Source: Octopus bimaculoides (Eukaryota). From it: 64,000 bases of DNA. A model generated the notes under the pieces. That model saw nothing but the letters and a program-made list of their open reading frames with translations. It had not been told where the DNA came from and searched no databases. Numbering within the stretch: the stretch's first letter is position 1; each line of letters starts with the position of its first letter. A program made the translations under genes and the position numbers. Shown piece after piece: positions 25,878-38,809 of the stretch. The DNA is taken from the NCBI RefSeq assembly GCF_001194135.2, contig NC_068982.1, positions 55,588,098 to 55,652,097 on the forward strand. Direction: 5' to 3'.

Positions 25878-26012
25878 TCAAAAAAGTTTGATTCAGAATC
25901 CTTGGTACTCTGAGTTTCAAACACATGGCCTTCAGCCATCAGAGTGTGTTGCTGAAGACAAGCCGTGTGCTTGACACTCAGAGTACCAAGGGTTCTGAAT
26001 CAAACTGTTTTT
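25878..26012. mobile_element. Small foldback (about 60-bp arms) with degenerate hammerhead motifs
   Basis: Arms 25878-25936 and 25951-26012. The right arm reads CTGAAGA-C-AAGC cgtgt GCTT-GACAC-TCAGAGT-A-CCAA. The left arm keeps GAAAC but lacks 4 nt after CTGAAG. Confidence 0.65.
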
Positions 26013-26300
26013 ATCAATACATGTAATGCCCAATAAATGTGTTGTGTGCCTTCTTTCATTTGTCTACTCATTTGTGTATAAATATATATATAAAAACACA
26101 TTTTACAATAAAATTGTTTAGTAGATTTGGATATAAATTTTCATAAAATCATTTAAAAACTTATTGACAATTTATGAAATATTACTTTCTCTCTCTTACA
26201 CACAGATTGTTTTACCTGTGGGTGCACAAGGCAATACTCAGTAGCAAGAGATTGACTTGACCAAAATATATATATATATATATATATANNNNNNNNNNTG

Positions 26301-26333
<33 letters not shown>

Positions 26334-26339
<6 letters not shown>

Positions 26340-26652
26340 GCATGGAAAGCGTTTATAAGCCATTTAAGAAACACACAAAAACTGTTAGATTCACTTCAAC
26401 ATTTAAATTGAATTTGACAAAATATTTTCGTTGCTTTGAGACCACGACTTGTTCACTGACAAAATTCCAGTGAACAGGTTGTGGTTGCAAAGCGACAAAA
26501 ATATTTTGGCAAATTAAATTTAAATCTTGAAGTGAATCAAACAGTTTCTGTGTTTCCTAAATGGCTTATAAACACCTTCCACGCTGCAATTGTTTTCGTT
26601 CCAGAACACGATCTCAGATCAGGTCACTTGCTATGCAAGTACACCACCGTAA
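26334..26652. repeat. Near-perfect foldback, about 125-bp arms, set in (TA)n
   Basis: 26334-26458 pairs with 26468-26590, and the right arm continues about 60 bp further. Confidence 0.8.
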
Positions 26653-27753
26653 AATATATATATTGCAATTCAGAAACTGCTAAATAGAAGGAGAGTCGGT
26701 GGCATGTCATATAAGTTTAATTGCCATGTGGCAATTAAACTTTGTGACATTTCACAAACTCTCTAATTGTTGCTGACACAGACATTCACCAGTTTTTTTG
26801 GATTCTGGAATTTACACTTGGTTAAACAGGTTTACATAATTATCATTAGCAAACTTATCCTATTTTTAGCTTTCCCAAACCTATTGATCTGATTTGACTT
26901 GTTGCAAAGGTCCAAAAAGACACAAATTCCTTGGGTTGAAATGTGAATGAATATAAACAAAAATGATTAACAATAAAAGCCATGGAAAAAGGATGAAGCC
27001 AATGTTACAAGTAACCTTAAACTTGTGTAAAGGCAGATAGATGGGTTTTTCTATTACTATTATTAAATTCATCTAACATAATTTAATATATATCTATAGA
27101 AATAACTAGTTATTAGTCATTTATGGCTGATTTATGTTGATACCAACTTTCCAAATCACCATTACAATGTAGTAATTAATAATAATAATCATCATCATCA
27201 TCATCCCTAAATATTTACTTCTGAAGTGATAAATTTACCTTATGAATTTTTTTTATAATTATTTTTCATGAGCGATAGAACTCTTAAGATTAGTTACCTG
27301 GTGTCCATGGCATTTAAACTTAAGATTACATTCCACACGAATGGGATGTCAGTCCATTACAAGGTCCAAGGCCAGCAATTCTGAGGGGAGGGGAGAAGTT
27401 GAATATATCAACCCTAGCACTTGACTAGTACATTATTTTATTGACCCGAAGGCTTGAAAAGTAATGCTGACCTCAACAGGATTTGAACACAGAACATCAA
27501 GAGCCAAAAGAAATGCTATTAAGTATTTTGATGTGCTAACAATTCTGCCATCTTGCTGCCATATATCTTATGCAGTAGCTTACACAAATATTCTGGTTAG
27601 CATTTAAAACAGGTGTAGGTCATAAATTTCAATGATTTCCAAGCTCAGCATTTAAAAATGGTTATACATCGCAAGGAGTGTTTATAAGTGGTAAGTAATG
27701 CACGACTGATTGGCTCTTTACACACCTCACTATGTTCTGTTAATTAATTTTAA

Positions 27754-27796
<43 letters not shown>

Positions 27797-28234
27797 GTTA
27801 TGGTAAATAAAGTTATATTAAAATCATTATCAAAATTCACTTTTTAAAATGTTAAATAGAAATAGTTGGTGAGTTATATATAAACCCAAGATATCTGCAA
27901 ATAATGTAAACAAAAGAATATAATTTATAAAATACAAAGCAAATTTATTTAAATTCCTAAGTAATCATTTTGACATGTTAATCTTTTTAAACTTCTAAAA
28001 ATAAAAAGAGAAAACTAGGTCTGTTCAAAGAAAAATCTATGTCTTACATGAATATAGTATAGATTTCAGAGCATATAACGTGAACATTGAAATAATTGTA
28101 CAGGGTATGTTCAACTATGATAGCGTATATCAGTATGGTATCAAAATTTTCAAGTGTGAAAAATTCCCTAAATGTTTTAACTTTGTTCCAGTACCCATTA
28201 ACAATGTGCAATTGAGATCTTTTATCTTTTTACA

Positions 28235-28550
28235 TGTTTCATTCGTTAGACTGCAGCCATGCTGGAGCACTGCCTTGTAGAATTTTTAATCAAATGAATT
28301 GACCCCACTACTGACTTTTTTTAAAACTTGGTACTTATTCTATTGGTTTCTTTTGCTGAACTGCTATGATGAGAATGTAAACACACCAACACAACAGGCT
28401 TCTTTCAGTTTCCACCCACCAAATCCACTCACAAGGATTTGGTCAGCCCAAGGCTATAGTAGAAGACACTTGTCCAAGGTGCCATGCAGTGAGACTGAAC
28501 CTGGAACCATGTAGTTGGGAAGCAAGCTTCTTACCACACAGCCACACTGT
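28235..28550 (-). mobile_element. tRNA-headed SINE ('family B')
   Basis: Matches 36345-36710 and 41090-41480. The head has A/B-box-like TGGCTGTGTGG and GGTTCAGT. Confidence 0.8.
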
Positions 28551-28719
28551 AGAATAAAGGAAAACAAAGCTTTGCTTATAGTACTCAAAATCCAATGCCT
28601 TATCAGCTTAAGCTATTTAGTTTCTTTGAAAGTATACCAGCCTAGTGAACCCTATTAGTTATTAGTTTAGCCATGATTTAATCTTACCAATCAATCTTAA
28701 GAATACTTGGTCTTAAATA

Positions 28720-29090
28720 CTTATTTACAATGCAGAACAGTGATGTTTTCTTCTGTTAGAGGGGAAATTAGGTTCTCCACAGGTTGGCAAAGGCATTCGG
28801 TTTTTCTGTTTATCTTTAAGCTCAACTGTTGTGCAACTCTGGCAAAGTTATCTACCAGTTTCTGTATATCTTCAGTATTGTTGGTAACCAGTGCACGTCT
28901 CAGCTTTGTACTGTACAGCATTGAACAGATCAGCATCAGCTACATATGTTTAGCGCTGTGGGCAACTGGTGCACTATCATCAGCAAACAGCATCTCCTGC
29001 ATTAGGACCCTCGCAATGCTTGTCTTGGCTTTATACCGTACAGCATTAAGCAGATCAGCATCATACAGCATCTGGATGTAAATCCTCCTT
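28720..29090 (-). mobile_element. RTE (BovB-like subgroup) RT fragment
   Basis: IYIQMLYDADLLNAVRYKAKT...LMQEMLFADDSAPVAH, then ALVTNNTEDIQKLVDNFARVAQQLSLKINRKTE. The LFADD motif differs from the LYADD of the main RTE family here. Confidence 0.7.
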
Positions 29091-30659
29091 GAACAAAAGT
29101 TATGTATTTCATAATTAGAAGTATGTTTCTCCTACTTTTAAGAGAGAGAAAAACTTAGCACTTTCACTCAACAGGTTTTTGGGAGGGTAAACAAAATATG
29201 TAGCTAGCTGCTAAGGCCAAGTGCAAGCACTGCTATGCAATTTGGTGAAAAACTATGAAGTTCTTAGTGAACTGAGGTAACAACCCTCATTTCATTTTCA
29301 TATAAGACCAATTCCTTTCAGACACATTTCTAATGTTTTGTGGGAAAGAAAGGCATGAATATCATGACTTCTTATACTTTTTCTTAAAATGTTAAGTTTC
29401 AATTTTACTTATTACATCAATTTCATAAGAAACAAGACTGGGAAGTTAATATGCTAGATTACATTAATTTAAACTTTGCTAACAGTTATTGGAAACTTGC
29501 TAAATTAGGCACATTACCATTTGCTTCATTCTGGTCAATGGCAAATTTCACTTCTATAGCTGAGTAGCTAGTGAAATAGCATGCAGTTTATAAACACTTG
29601 CACCAAAAGCTATTCCACTTGTGCTAGCATGAGAAAGAAAGTTATTGTAATAAAGCAACAGAAAAACACGTTGAACAATAAAAACTGCTTAGATTTAATT
29701 GGAATTATATGATAATTATATATTTCAAGAGATGTGAATACTAGGATTGAGACATGAATACTAAGATTTCCATTTCTTCTCACTGAAAACTTTTTCGCAA
29801 TATAATATTTGTATGCCCCCTTACTTTTCCTTGCCAACAGACATTATTAGAAGGAAAACATTTAACTAACTATAAATACTGGGATTAAAACTTTTTTCTA
29901 ATAATATTAAAAGTATTAGCGGTTTGGAAAAAAGAGTTCGATGGAGTAAGTACTATGCTTAAGAAATAAGTCGTAGGGTCGATTTGTTCGACTAAAAAAA
30001 CCCTTCAACGTGGTGCTCCAGCATGGCTGCAGTCAAATGACTGAAACAAGTACAAGAATCAACTATTTATTTATTCAATACTTTCAGAATTAGCAAGTTC
30101 TGTAAATTCAAATATTTAAAGCAACTGCTTTAAATATTTTTAATATGAATCCTTCAAATGCAATGTAATAGCGATACCTATTTTTCAGCTGTGTAAAGTA
30201 TTTTGCACAAGAGTAACCGAGTCAGGGCAGGACTGGTAGAGTAAACAATATTTACTAGTGCTCATTGAAATCTCAACACGATATAGTTTGCCCTTTTAAC
30301 CCCGGAAAGGGTCAAAGTACGAATAATGTGAGATCATTCAACCGAGTCCATCCCTTTACAAAATTTAGTCTTGTACCAAAACAAATTTGTCAATGTCTCT
30401 GTTTGCATTCATTTAAAAGGGACTTAGCGTACATTTAGCTAAATATTTGAAAAGGAATTTTGTTTTTTCTTAGCATAAGCCTTTTATTCCAGGGTGAGCT
30501 CAAAGAACGGGAAGTTATATAGTTTGCGTTACCGGAGGAGTATATTAGTGAAGTGAAAATAGTTTCAAGAGAGTACCAAAAGCGTAGTTCTTGCACAGGC
30601 ATGGAATTAGACATGTTTGAGGAAAGTACGTTGATGAAATGGGTCTAATTCAATCCTAC

Positions 30660-30800
30660 CATACTTCCAACGTAGAAAAATGGACGTAAAATGGCGATGA
30701 ACTGTTACAATGTTGCAAGTAGAAAACCATGTAAAATGTATTATGTGCCGCAGAACGAAAATGTGAAGAAAAAAAAAAGCAGTTGTTTCACACAACAAAA
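30660..30800 (-). promoter_or_regulatory. UBE2S: Candidate UBE2S promoter / exon 1 ending in a lone ATG (30662-30660)
   Basis: Minus strand GGAAGT ATG|GTAGGA has A at -3. YY1-like AAAATGGCG at 30688-30696. It sits where CpG density rises. Exon 2 begins in phase 0 without Met, so an ATG-ending exon is needed. Other ATG|GT candidates exist. Confidence 0.42.
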
Positions 30801-31479
30801 CTACTTTTAGAAAATCCAAGTGTGCAATGAAATAAATAATTCCTTGCGTTGTTCAAAATCAGTGAGATTATATTATTATCGTATACAATGTTTATGTTCA
30901 CAACATATAGGCTATCATTGTTTCGACTCTGCTAAATATATAAAACCTCTAAGAGAAAATACACAAAACATAAACGAGAAATTATGTATGGGAAATCAAA
31001 ATATTAATAGGATCACGTATTTTGTATATTTGTCAACACTTTTGTTTTAACCAAGACATTCCGATGTCGTTTACCTGCTTAGAATAAGATGGAATTCATC
31101 AACCATTTTCGAATCGCTTTTAAAGTTCAGCCCCTGCAAAGCCGTACGAATAAGAATGTTTGCTAATAAGAATCCTTGAATTCAATCTAAGCTCAAGAAT
31201 GTAGTTCAAAGCTACACTGGGGTGCTTCAAGTGTTATATAGAGCGCACATACAATGCTTTTTTGTATGTTAAAATATTAGGAAATAATAAGGTAAAAATT
31301 AAGTCTAAAATGAGAATAAAACAGTTGACACTATAATTAGGACAGCAAAATCATTAACAATAATTATGTGTATAGTTATATTTATAAATGCGAGTGTGTA
31401 TGTATGTATATATATATATACGTGTGTGTGTGTTGACAAGAAAGGGATTCTCTCTTCGTGTGTACGAGGTGCGATATTG

Positions 31480-31860
31480 CTTGGTAGTGCGAAGGCTGGA
31501 ACATAAAGAAACGAACTTGATCCACTGGATCTAATGTTAAGAGTGCATCGATGACCGAGCACATATGAGCTGATAGAAAAACTGGGTATAAAGGGAATCG
31601 GATGTAATACGCAAAAGTGAGGACTGCACTGGTTTGGACGTATGCGTATGGAAGATAACAGTTGACTTTAGAAATGTCAAGCGACCGAAAAGGAAGGGGG
31701 GCTGCAAATGAGGGGAATAACGGGGGAAAATATGGGCAGGAGTAGTGAAAGCAGATTTCAGGGTGTTGAACCTTACGAAGATGATTAGAAACCTCGACTG
31801 GCAGAAAGAGACCGGCCAACTCATGCATGCGTGGAAAACGGACGTAAAATGATGATGACA
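31480..31860 (+). mobile_element. Old RTE 3' end relic
   Basis: GAAAAACTGGGTATAAAGGGAATCGGATGT...GGACTGCACTGGTTTGGAC matches the RTE C-terminal region. Ends GGAAAACGGACGTAAAATGATGATG. Confidence 0.65.
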
Positions 31861-32483
31861 TAATGAGGTCGCCAAAAGTGATCGGAGAATATATATATAG
31901 AAATGTAATTATAAGTACCATAATTAGGTCGCTCAGCTTCTACTTCCTATTTCAGAAAATATTAATTCTTAATTCCGATCGGAGACATTGAAGTAGGAGA
32001 GAGTGAATGTGGAGAGTCGCAAAAATAAAATTTTAATGAAACGGTGTCTATTGTAAATACGAAATTGAAAGACTACTGTTTTTTTTTCTTTAAATCATGA
32101 GCTAGAACGGTATAACTTGACGCACGTAGTTTATTGATAAACAAAATGTAAATTAATAAAGGTATGTAGTAGAGATTCGAGCATCCAATTAGAGAGTGGT
32201 TGAAATAACCACTTTAGGTTTTAATGCCGTTTTGAAAATTAGAAAAAAACAAAATGATGATGATTATTATTATTACCTTATAAATCAAAAAAATTACAGT
32301 GCATTAATATACCATAGAGGCAAAAGTAAACCAAGTTTTTTTTTGTATATTTGCATAATTAAGTACAAACAGATGCGCACAACAGAAAAAAGGAGGGGGT
32401 CTCAAGAATCAGTTGTTTAAAGTATTTCTTCGTTCACAATAAATGACTATATTTTAAAAGGGTTCGAATTACACATTATATAC

Positions 32484-32522
<39 letters not shown>

Positions 32523-32532
32523 NNNNNNNNNN

Positions 32533-32571
<39 letters not shown>

Positions 32572-35500
32572 CATATAAAAACGTTCTGTTAATTCACTTA
32601 AACTAAATATCATCCATTGACTATATATAAATTGATTTTATTAATGAAGCTGATTTCTTTTTTTTTTTAATACGAAACTCACTCATATTTTTAAGAAAAT
32701 TCGAAATTATAAGACTGAAATCTTAACAGATCCATTAATATGCTTATCATACGTTCGAACAGACAATTGATCCTAACAGATCAATGTTATTGATTTTTTA
32801 ATAAGGAATGAATTTTCTTGTCAAAATTTACATCGTAAAATTCTATAAAACAAGAACACGAAGCAATTTTCTGCATCGGATAGCTCCTTCTAACCAAGTA
32901 ATGAAACAATCCGAGTTATTTCCTATTTAAATATTACATACACCAAAAGTCTAATTAATTTGCTTTAAGCCAGATATTAAAATAAAAACGAAAAAATGTT
33001 TAAATACACCAGGTAAAACATTTTCTTGACAAATTATATCATTTTTATAAAGATATACAACACAGGGTTTGTAGGACAAACACTGTGACAAGCTGATGGC
33101 TATATTATGTTCAGCTGTCCAACAATAACAAAACTGAGAGCTATCTCACAAAGGATCAATTATTTAACAAAATTTATATTTAAATAATGGATATATAATA
33201 TACATAAACCTAAACAACTACATGTATATTTTTTATTAAAATAATTTTTTTAAAATTCTACATTAATTCAACATGTTTTATTTTTAAATTTCCAACGGAA
33301 AACGATATTAAATGAAATATGGGTCCAGATGGACTATATGTAATCTGAACCTTTCCCCCCTTATTTTTATTTTTTATTTTTTTACGGAATCCCACGTTTT
33401 AGGCTATGGAGATTCCGATTCTGAAAAAAAAATTTCAAAAATCTCAAATTCAAAATTTCTGGACCGAAATATGTAACAAACGAAAAAGCGCTTTTAAGTT
33501 TGCGCTTCAGATTTCATGCAAACAGAAATTCTGGTCTTATCAGCTGGATTAGAAGAGTAAAATAAGGGATAAATGAAATACAAATAAATCAAACCATTGG
33601 CAGAAACGATCTATATAAATGGATCAGTATATATATTAAGAGATTGTGTGAAATTATATATAAGTCTGTGTAAAGGATCGACCAGTTGTAAAAATGTTAG
33701 TTAATAAGTGAACCCCCATTTTGTAGTCACATCTACTTATAACAATAGTAGCAAATTGAATGTTTAAGAATTGAAATGATATATATATATATATATGCGT
33801 GTATATTGAATAAATGTAAAGAATTGTAATGGACGTCGCTAGAATATATGAGAATTAATAAAAGAAAAAAGGTTTGCTACGACAGGAAAGCCGGGGGAAA
33901 AAATCGAAGCACTGAGACGATGGCCAAGTAGTGAACGGGAGCCATGATAATATAAGTAGTATAGGATTTCTTTACTTTTGAGAAACTATCCATTATTAAG
34001 AGTTTAAAGAAATAAATGAACCTATGTGAAATCAATAACAGATAGTAGTAAACATAAATAAAACAAGTACTCTTACAGCGATGCAATTTAAACAAAGTTT
34101 CAATGAATCGTTGTATTTGTATATTTCTAGTACTGAAATCTGACAACAGGAATAAATCTAGATAAGGGCCACAAACTCAGGGATCAATTTATCATTACTT
34201 TACTATAATAATGTGATCCCCCAATTTAGAATCAAAATGAACGTAGTGTTACGAATAGAGTCAATGTTTTAAGTTTCTTCTTGTGTTTATTTTAATTTTG
34301 GGGAAATTCTCTACTTACAGTCTTTTTTTTTTTTTTCTTCTCACGTTAAACCAGGTAGTAACCGATGAACGTGCGATGCCTTATTAGAAATTTCAAATAA
34401 GACAAAACCGAACAGCTGCGCTTCAGAATCGGTAAGATTTAGAAAAATAACGTATTTCAATTTTTCGAAGGCAACCAATCAGATCACGGCTTAGGCATAT
34501 CTGTCGTCTGCATAAAAGAAAAAACATGAATAGTTTTATAAATAAAAAATTATTTTCCGCAGAAGAAATCACTGTGAAATTCAAATTAAAAACTAAAACA
34601 ATGGTTTGAACATAAAAATAAAATAATAAAAATATTATTATTCCTTCGGGCGAAGCTCGTCGTTAAACAGTTACAATGGCGGCTTTGACGAATCAGTTTG
34701 TGTATAAACATTTGATTTAGGTGAAAACCTCTTATTTAATAAAATTACTACGTTTAGATAAATTTTAACCTTGTAAAATATTAATTTAATCCATATCTCT
34801 AACTTTCGAAAGATGTGGAAAACATAAATTGCGTACAGAAGAATTTGTCGTGCGATTAACATGTTTTGATTCCAGTTCGTTTCGGTCCCAATTGTTAATT
34901 AGTAGTGAGATCGTGGGTGTCTTTTTTTGTTAGGAATTTCATCTACCTTTAACATTAAATTTTCATTCTCAATTTAAAATATTTATTCTACCGTCTTTTA
35001 TCTCCACATTCTCAAGAAACGCGACAGAAAAATAAATTATTCTGAGTCATTTTCGGCATTTAGGATTTGACATTTTCATTTATACAAGAATAAATGTAAG
35101 ACATGTACATCTAATAAAGAGATGTACATTTCATCAGTACATTTTATCAGATACCATGTGAAAAGGAATTCTAAGACATACCTATTATTTCAACGCTGTT
35201 AAAATTGCCGTTTTTTTTTTTTTGGTTTTTAGTTTTTTGGGGGTGGGGGCAGCAATATTTCAGTAAAATCAAGTTATTTTGAAATTTAGATATTCAACCT
35301 TTACTCAAAATTATATTATTGATGCTAAAATTATATTTTCAATCGACTCATCATAATCTCCCAATCTCTCTCTCTTATTATCAGTCATTTATCTTTTTCT
35401 ATATCTTATAACTATTAACTCCCCCGCCCCTAATTCCCTGTGATCTCTGTCTCACATCACATCACATCTATTTCTATTGTCTCTGTTTTATCTATTCCGC

Positions 35501-36114
35501 CTCTGCTAACAATTGTTCTCTCCCAAACTCTCATTTTTATACTCACTCCCTTTCTCCACACACACACACATACATTTTCTTATATTCTATCTTTCTCGTG
35601 CTTTTGGTAAATCGATGATTCTATATGATCTGCTTTTACCTCCTTAACTTTCTCTCTCTCCCCCTCTCTTTCTAGCAGTCACTAACTTTTTCTCCTTTTT
35701 ATTTCTCACATATCCTCGCTCAACTTGCTAAATACAACAACCGTATTTCCCTCAAATTACACCCTACTGTCTAAAGCAATAATAGTAATGCTTTTATTAA
35801 TACAAATACACATTGGGGGGGGGGGGTTGTTCAATATTCACTATGCGAGAAAAAATTCGGATAGTCATGAACGGCATGCCTATTGGTTAGAGCTACCTTT
35901 TCACTAAACAATTTCTTACTTTTAATAATTTTCTGACACTCTTTTTCTCATTCATTCATTCATTCGTTCATTCATATCATACTTGCTTCATTCACTTTCA
36001 TTATGGTATGATTAAAGCGGAATACTGAACTGGATATGTTTCAGTATCCCCAGTTTGTTATCTCACTGATCCAAGTTCTAATCCCACCAGAGGAAAAAAA
36101 TCTAGTATAAATTT

Positions 36115-36320
36115 AAGGTGACGAGGTGGCAGAAGCATTAGCATACCAATCAAATTGCTCAGCAGTATTTTGTTCGTCTTTACGTTCTGAGCTCAAATTC
36201 TGCCAAGGTTGACTTTGTCTTTGAGGGTTGATAATGTAAGTACCAGCTGAGCACTGAGGTCGATGTAATCGACTTACCCCTCCCCTAAACTTGCTGGCCT
36301 TGTGCCAAAACTTGAAACTA
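36115..36320 (+). mobile_element. Family C SINE
   Basis: Matches 61735-61970. Confidence 0.75.
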
Positions 36321-36344
36321 ATTTAGCATAAATGTACAAGCATA

Positions 36345-36710
36345 TATTCTTTTACTCTTTTACTTGTTTCAGTCATTTGAGAAAATCGACCCCAGGACTT
36401 ATTCTTTGTAAGCCTAGTACTTATTCTATCGGTCTCTTTTTGCCGAACCGCTAAGTTACGGGGACGTAAACACACCAGCATCGGTTGTCAAGCAATGTTG
36501 GGGGACAAACACAGACACGCAAACATATACACACATATACATATATATGACGGGCTTCTTTCAGTTTCCGTCTACCAAATCCACTCACAAGGCTTTGGTC
36601 GGCCTGAGGCTATAGTAGAAGACACTTGCCCAAGGTGCCACGCAGTGGGACTGAACCCGGAACCATGTGGTTGGTAAGCAAGCTACTTACCACACAGCCA
36701 CTCCTACATT
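36345..36710 (-). mobile_element. Family B SINE, young
   Basis: Most CpGs retained. Nearly identical to 41090-41480. Confidence 0.88.
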
Positions 36711-37188
36711 ATATACATGCTATCAAGATTACTGTGTTGTAGCTTGAACATCTGACAGGTATATTACATGGTACATTCCTTGAACAGCTGACCCTCTTTT
36801 TGCAATGAGTACAACTCAGTTGTATCACATTACTCTTACCATGCTGGTTTTAAACCCATTAGACAGTTTTGTTCAAATTGGGTCTTGCACCAAGAGAAGA
36901 CCCCACACACATGCTCAAACAGAGATTGCTATAATGAATTTTTAGCATATCAAACCCTCAATGCTTTTTGGCTGGGACTAGCATACTACACAAAACATAA
37001 AACATCAATCTTCAACTTTTGTAGAGTAGAGGGCCCCACTGACAATTCTCGAACTGGCCCTGATGCTGAATACATTCCAATAAAATTTTGCCAATCACCT
37101 AGAAAGTTGGCCATTATCAAACTAAAAAGCTGGGCACTTTCAGCATCAATTATCAGTGTTGCTACTTATAATGACCCTTCTTCTTTAA

Positions 37189-37389
37189 CCCTTTAGTGTT
37201 TAAACTGGCCACATCAGGCACCAAATATTATACCTGTCTTATGTTCAAAGTAGCCAGATCTATCCTCTCTCCTCTACCCTACAATGTCATTCTAAAAATA
37301 AAACAATCACATCATCAAAATCTCAAAGCTTGAAGATAATACATGATTAATTCAAATCAATGCAAATAAATAATCTGAATGCTAAAGAG
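37189..37389 (+). mobile_element. piggyBac-type MITE family 1
   Basis: TTAA|CCCTTTAG...CTAAAGAG|TTAA. Confidence 0.85.
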
Positions 37390-37769
37390 TTAACCTGTTT
37401 GATACTAACCCACAGTGACTGCTTCTGGTTCTTATAAAATGTTTAAATTTAACTGTTTTAAAAATGTTTATATTTAAATTGAAAACTTTCATCAAAATTT
37501 TATGAAAAAAACTTTTATGTTATGTTCTAAAATACCTGTTTAAAGTTAGGTCTCTTCAAATTCTTGATTATTTTCAAGGGTGGATAGAATTTGTTGAGGT
37601 GGATTTTTCTATTGTTTGGATGCCCTTCCTGTTGCCAACCTTCACCTGTTTCCAAGTGAGGTAATATTTTCCTATGACCAGACGTTTTCCTGGAGGTTTG
37701 GTAATGAAGGACACTGCTCATATGATGCAAGGCAAGGAACCAGTAATACGTGTGCAAACACATATATAT

Positions 37770-38620
37770 TATGAGGGGGTACCCAAAAGAAACTGGAATT
37801 TTGCAATATTTCATTCACTTAGTTTTACATGTTTACACTTTTATTGCCTTCAAAGTATTCTTCATTTGAAACAATGTATCGGTCCAGATGTGTTTTCCAC
37901 TATTCAAAGCAGTCCTAGAACTTGTGAAGTGATGTCTTTTAATGCCTCTGGTTTTTTCTTCACCTCTTCCACATCTGCAAAACATTTTCCTTTAAGGACT
38001 TTTTTCATTTGGGGTAACAGAAAAAAGTTGCAGGGAGCATGATTGGGGGAATAAGGAGGGTAGGTAAATGGGCTCATGCCATTTTTGGTCAAAAACTGTC
38101 TCGTACTCAAAGCAGTGTGTGAAGGTGCATTGTCATGATGAAGCCACCACTCTTCATTGTGTCACTGGTCAGGGCATTTTCATTTTGCTTCAGAACTGCC
38201 AAATAAAATGTTTAGTTAACAGTTTGACCAGGAGGAACAAATACTGTGTGAACAATTCCTCTTGCATCAGTGACACAAATCAGCATCATCTTGACATTTG
38301 GATTTCACTTGACGCACTTTTTGAGAGCATGGTGACATTGAATACTTCCATTGACTTGATTGCTGCTTTGTTTCCAGGTCATAGCCATAGCACCAGCTTT
38401 CATCACCTGTCATGACCATCAAAAAAAGGTTCGGATCAATTTTTAACTGTTCTTTCAGTTCACAACATGCATTTATCCATGACTGCTTTTGATCTTCTGT
38501 GAGCAAGGAAAGTACAAATTTTGCTGCAACTCTTTTCATTTGCAATTCCTTGCTCAAAATTCATTGGCAGAAGCTCCAGGACTGTTGTATCCTCCATCTC
38601 CAAATGTCGTGGCACCGCCA
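37770..38620 (-). mobile_element. Mariner transposon relic
   Basis: MTGDESWCYGYDLETKQQSSQW and YPPYSPNHAPCNFFLLPQMKKVLKGKCFADVEEVK are mariner catalytic motifs with lesions. The terminus TA-TGAGGGGGTACCCAAAAG is at about 37770. Confidence 0.88.
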
Positions 38621-38809
38621 CGATATTGTGACAGATGGTTTAGATACCCTCTACCAGTGTAGTAACAATAAACAAGATAACGATGCAGCCATAATAACAA
38701 AATAATGACCAACAATCTCTTCATGAGCCAACAATCAATATTCCAAATGAACTAACCAACCAACACCTTTCGACTTCACTGTGAACTCAACTTGAACTAA
38801 CACACAGAC

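Noticed and set aside
27759-27793. Poly(A) run as a processed pseudogene tail
   Set aside because: No upstream ORF, polyadenylation signal or TSD is visible.
31382-31921. 179-aa minus-strand ORF
   Set aside because: It is antisense to a decayed RTE end plus a microsatellite, with no recognisable domain.
36836-36845. Alternative ATG|GT exon 1 sites (also near 11647, 23755 and 48678)
   Set aside because: They have equal or better donors but lie in CpG-poor intron or inside repeats, without promoter cues. Ranked lower rather than excluded.
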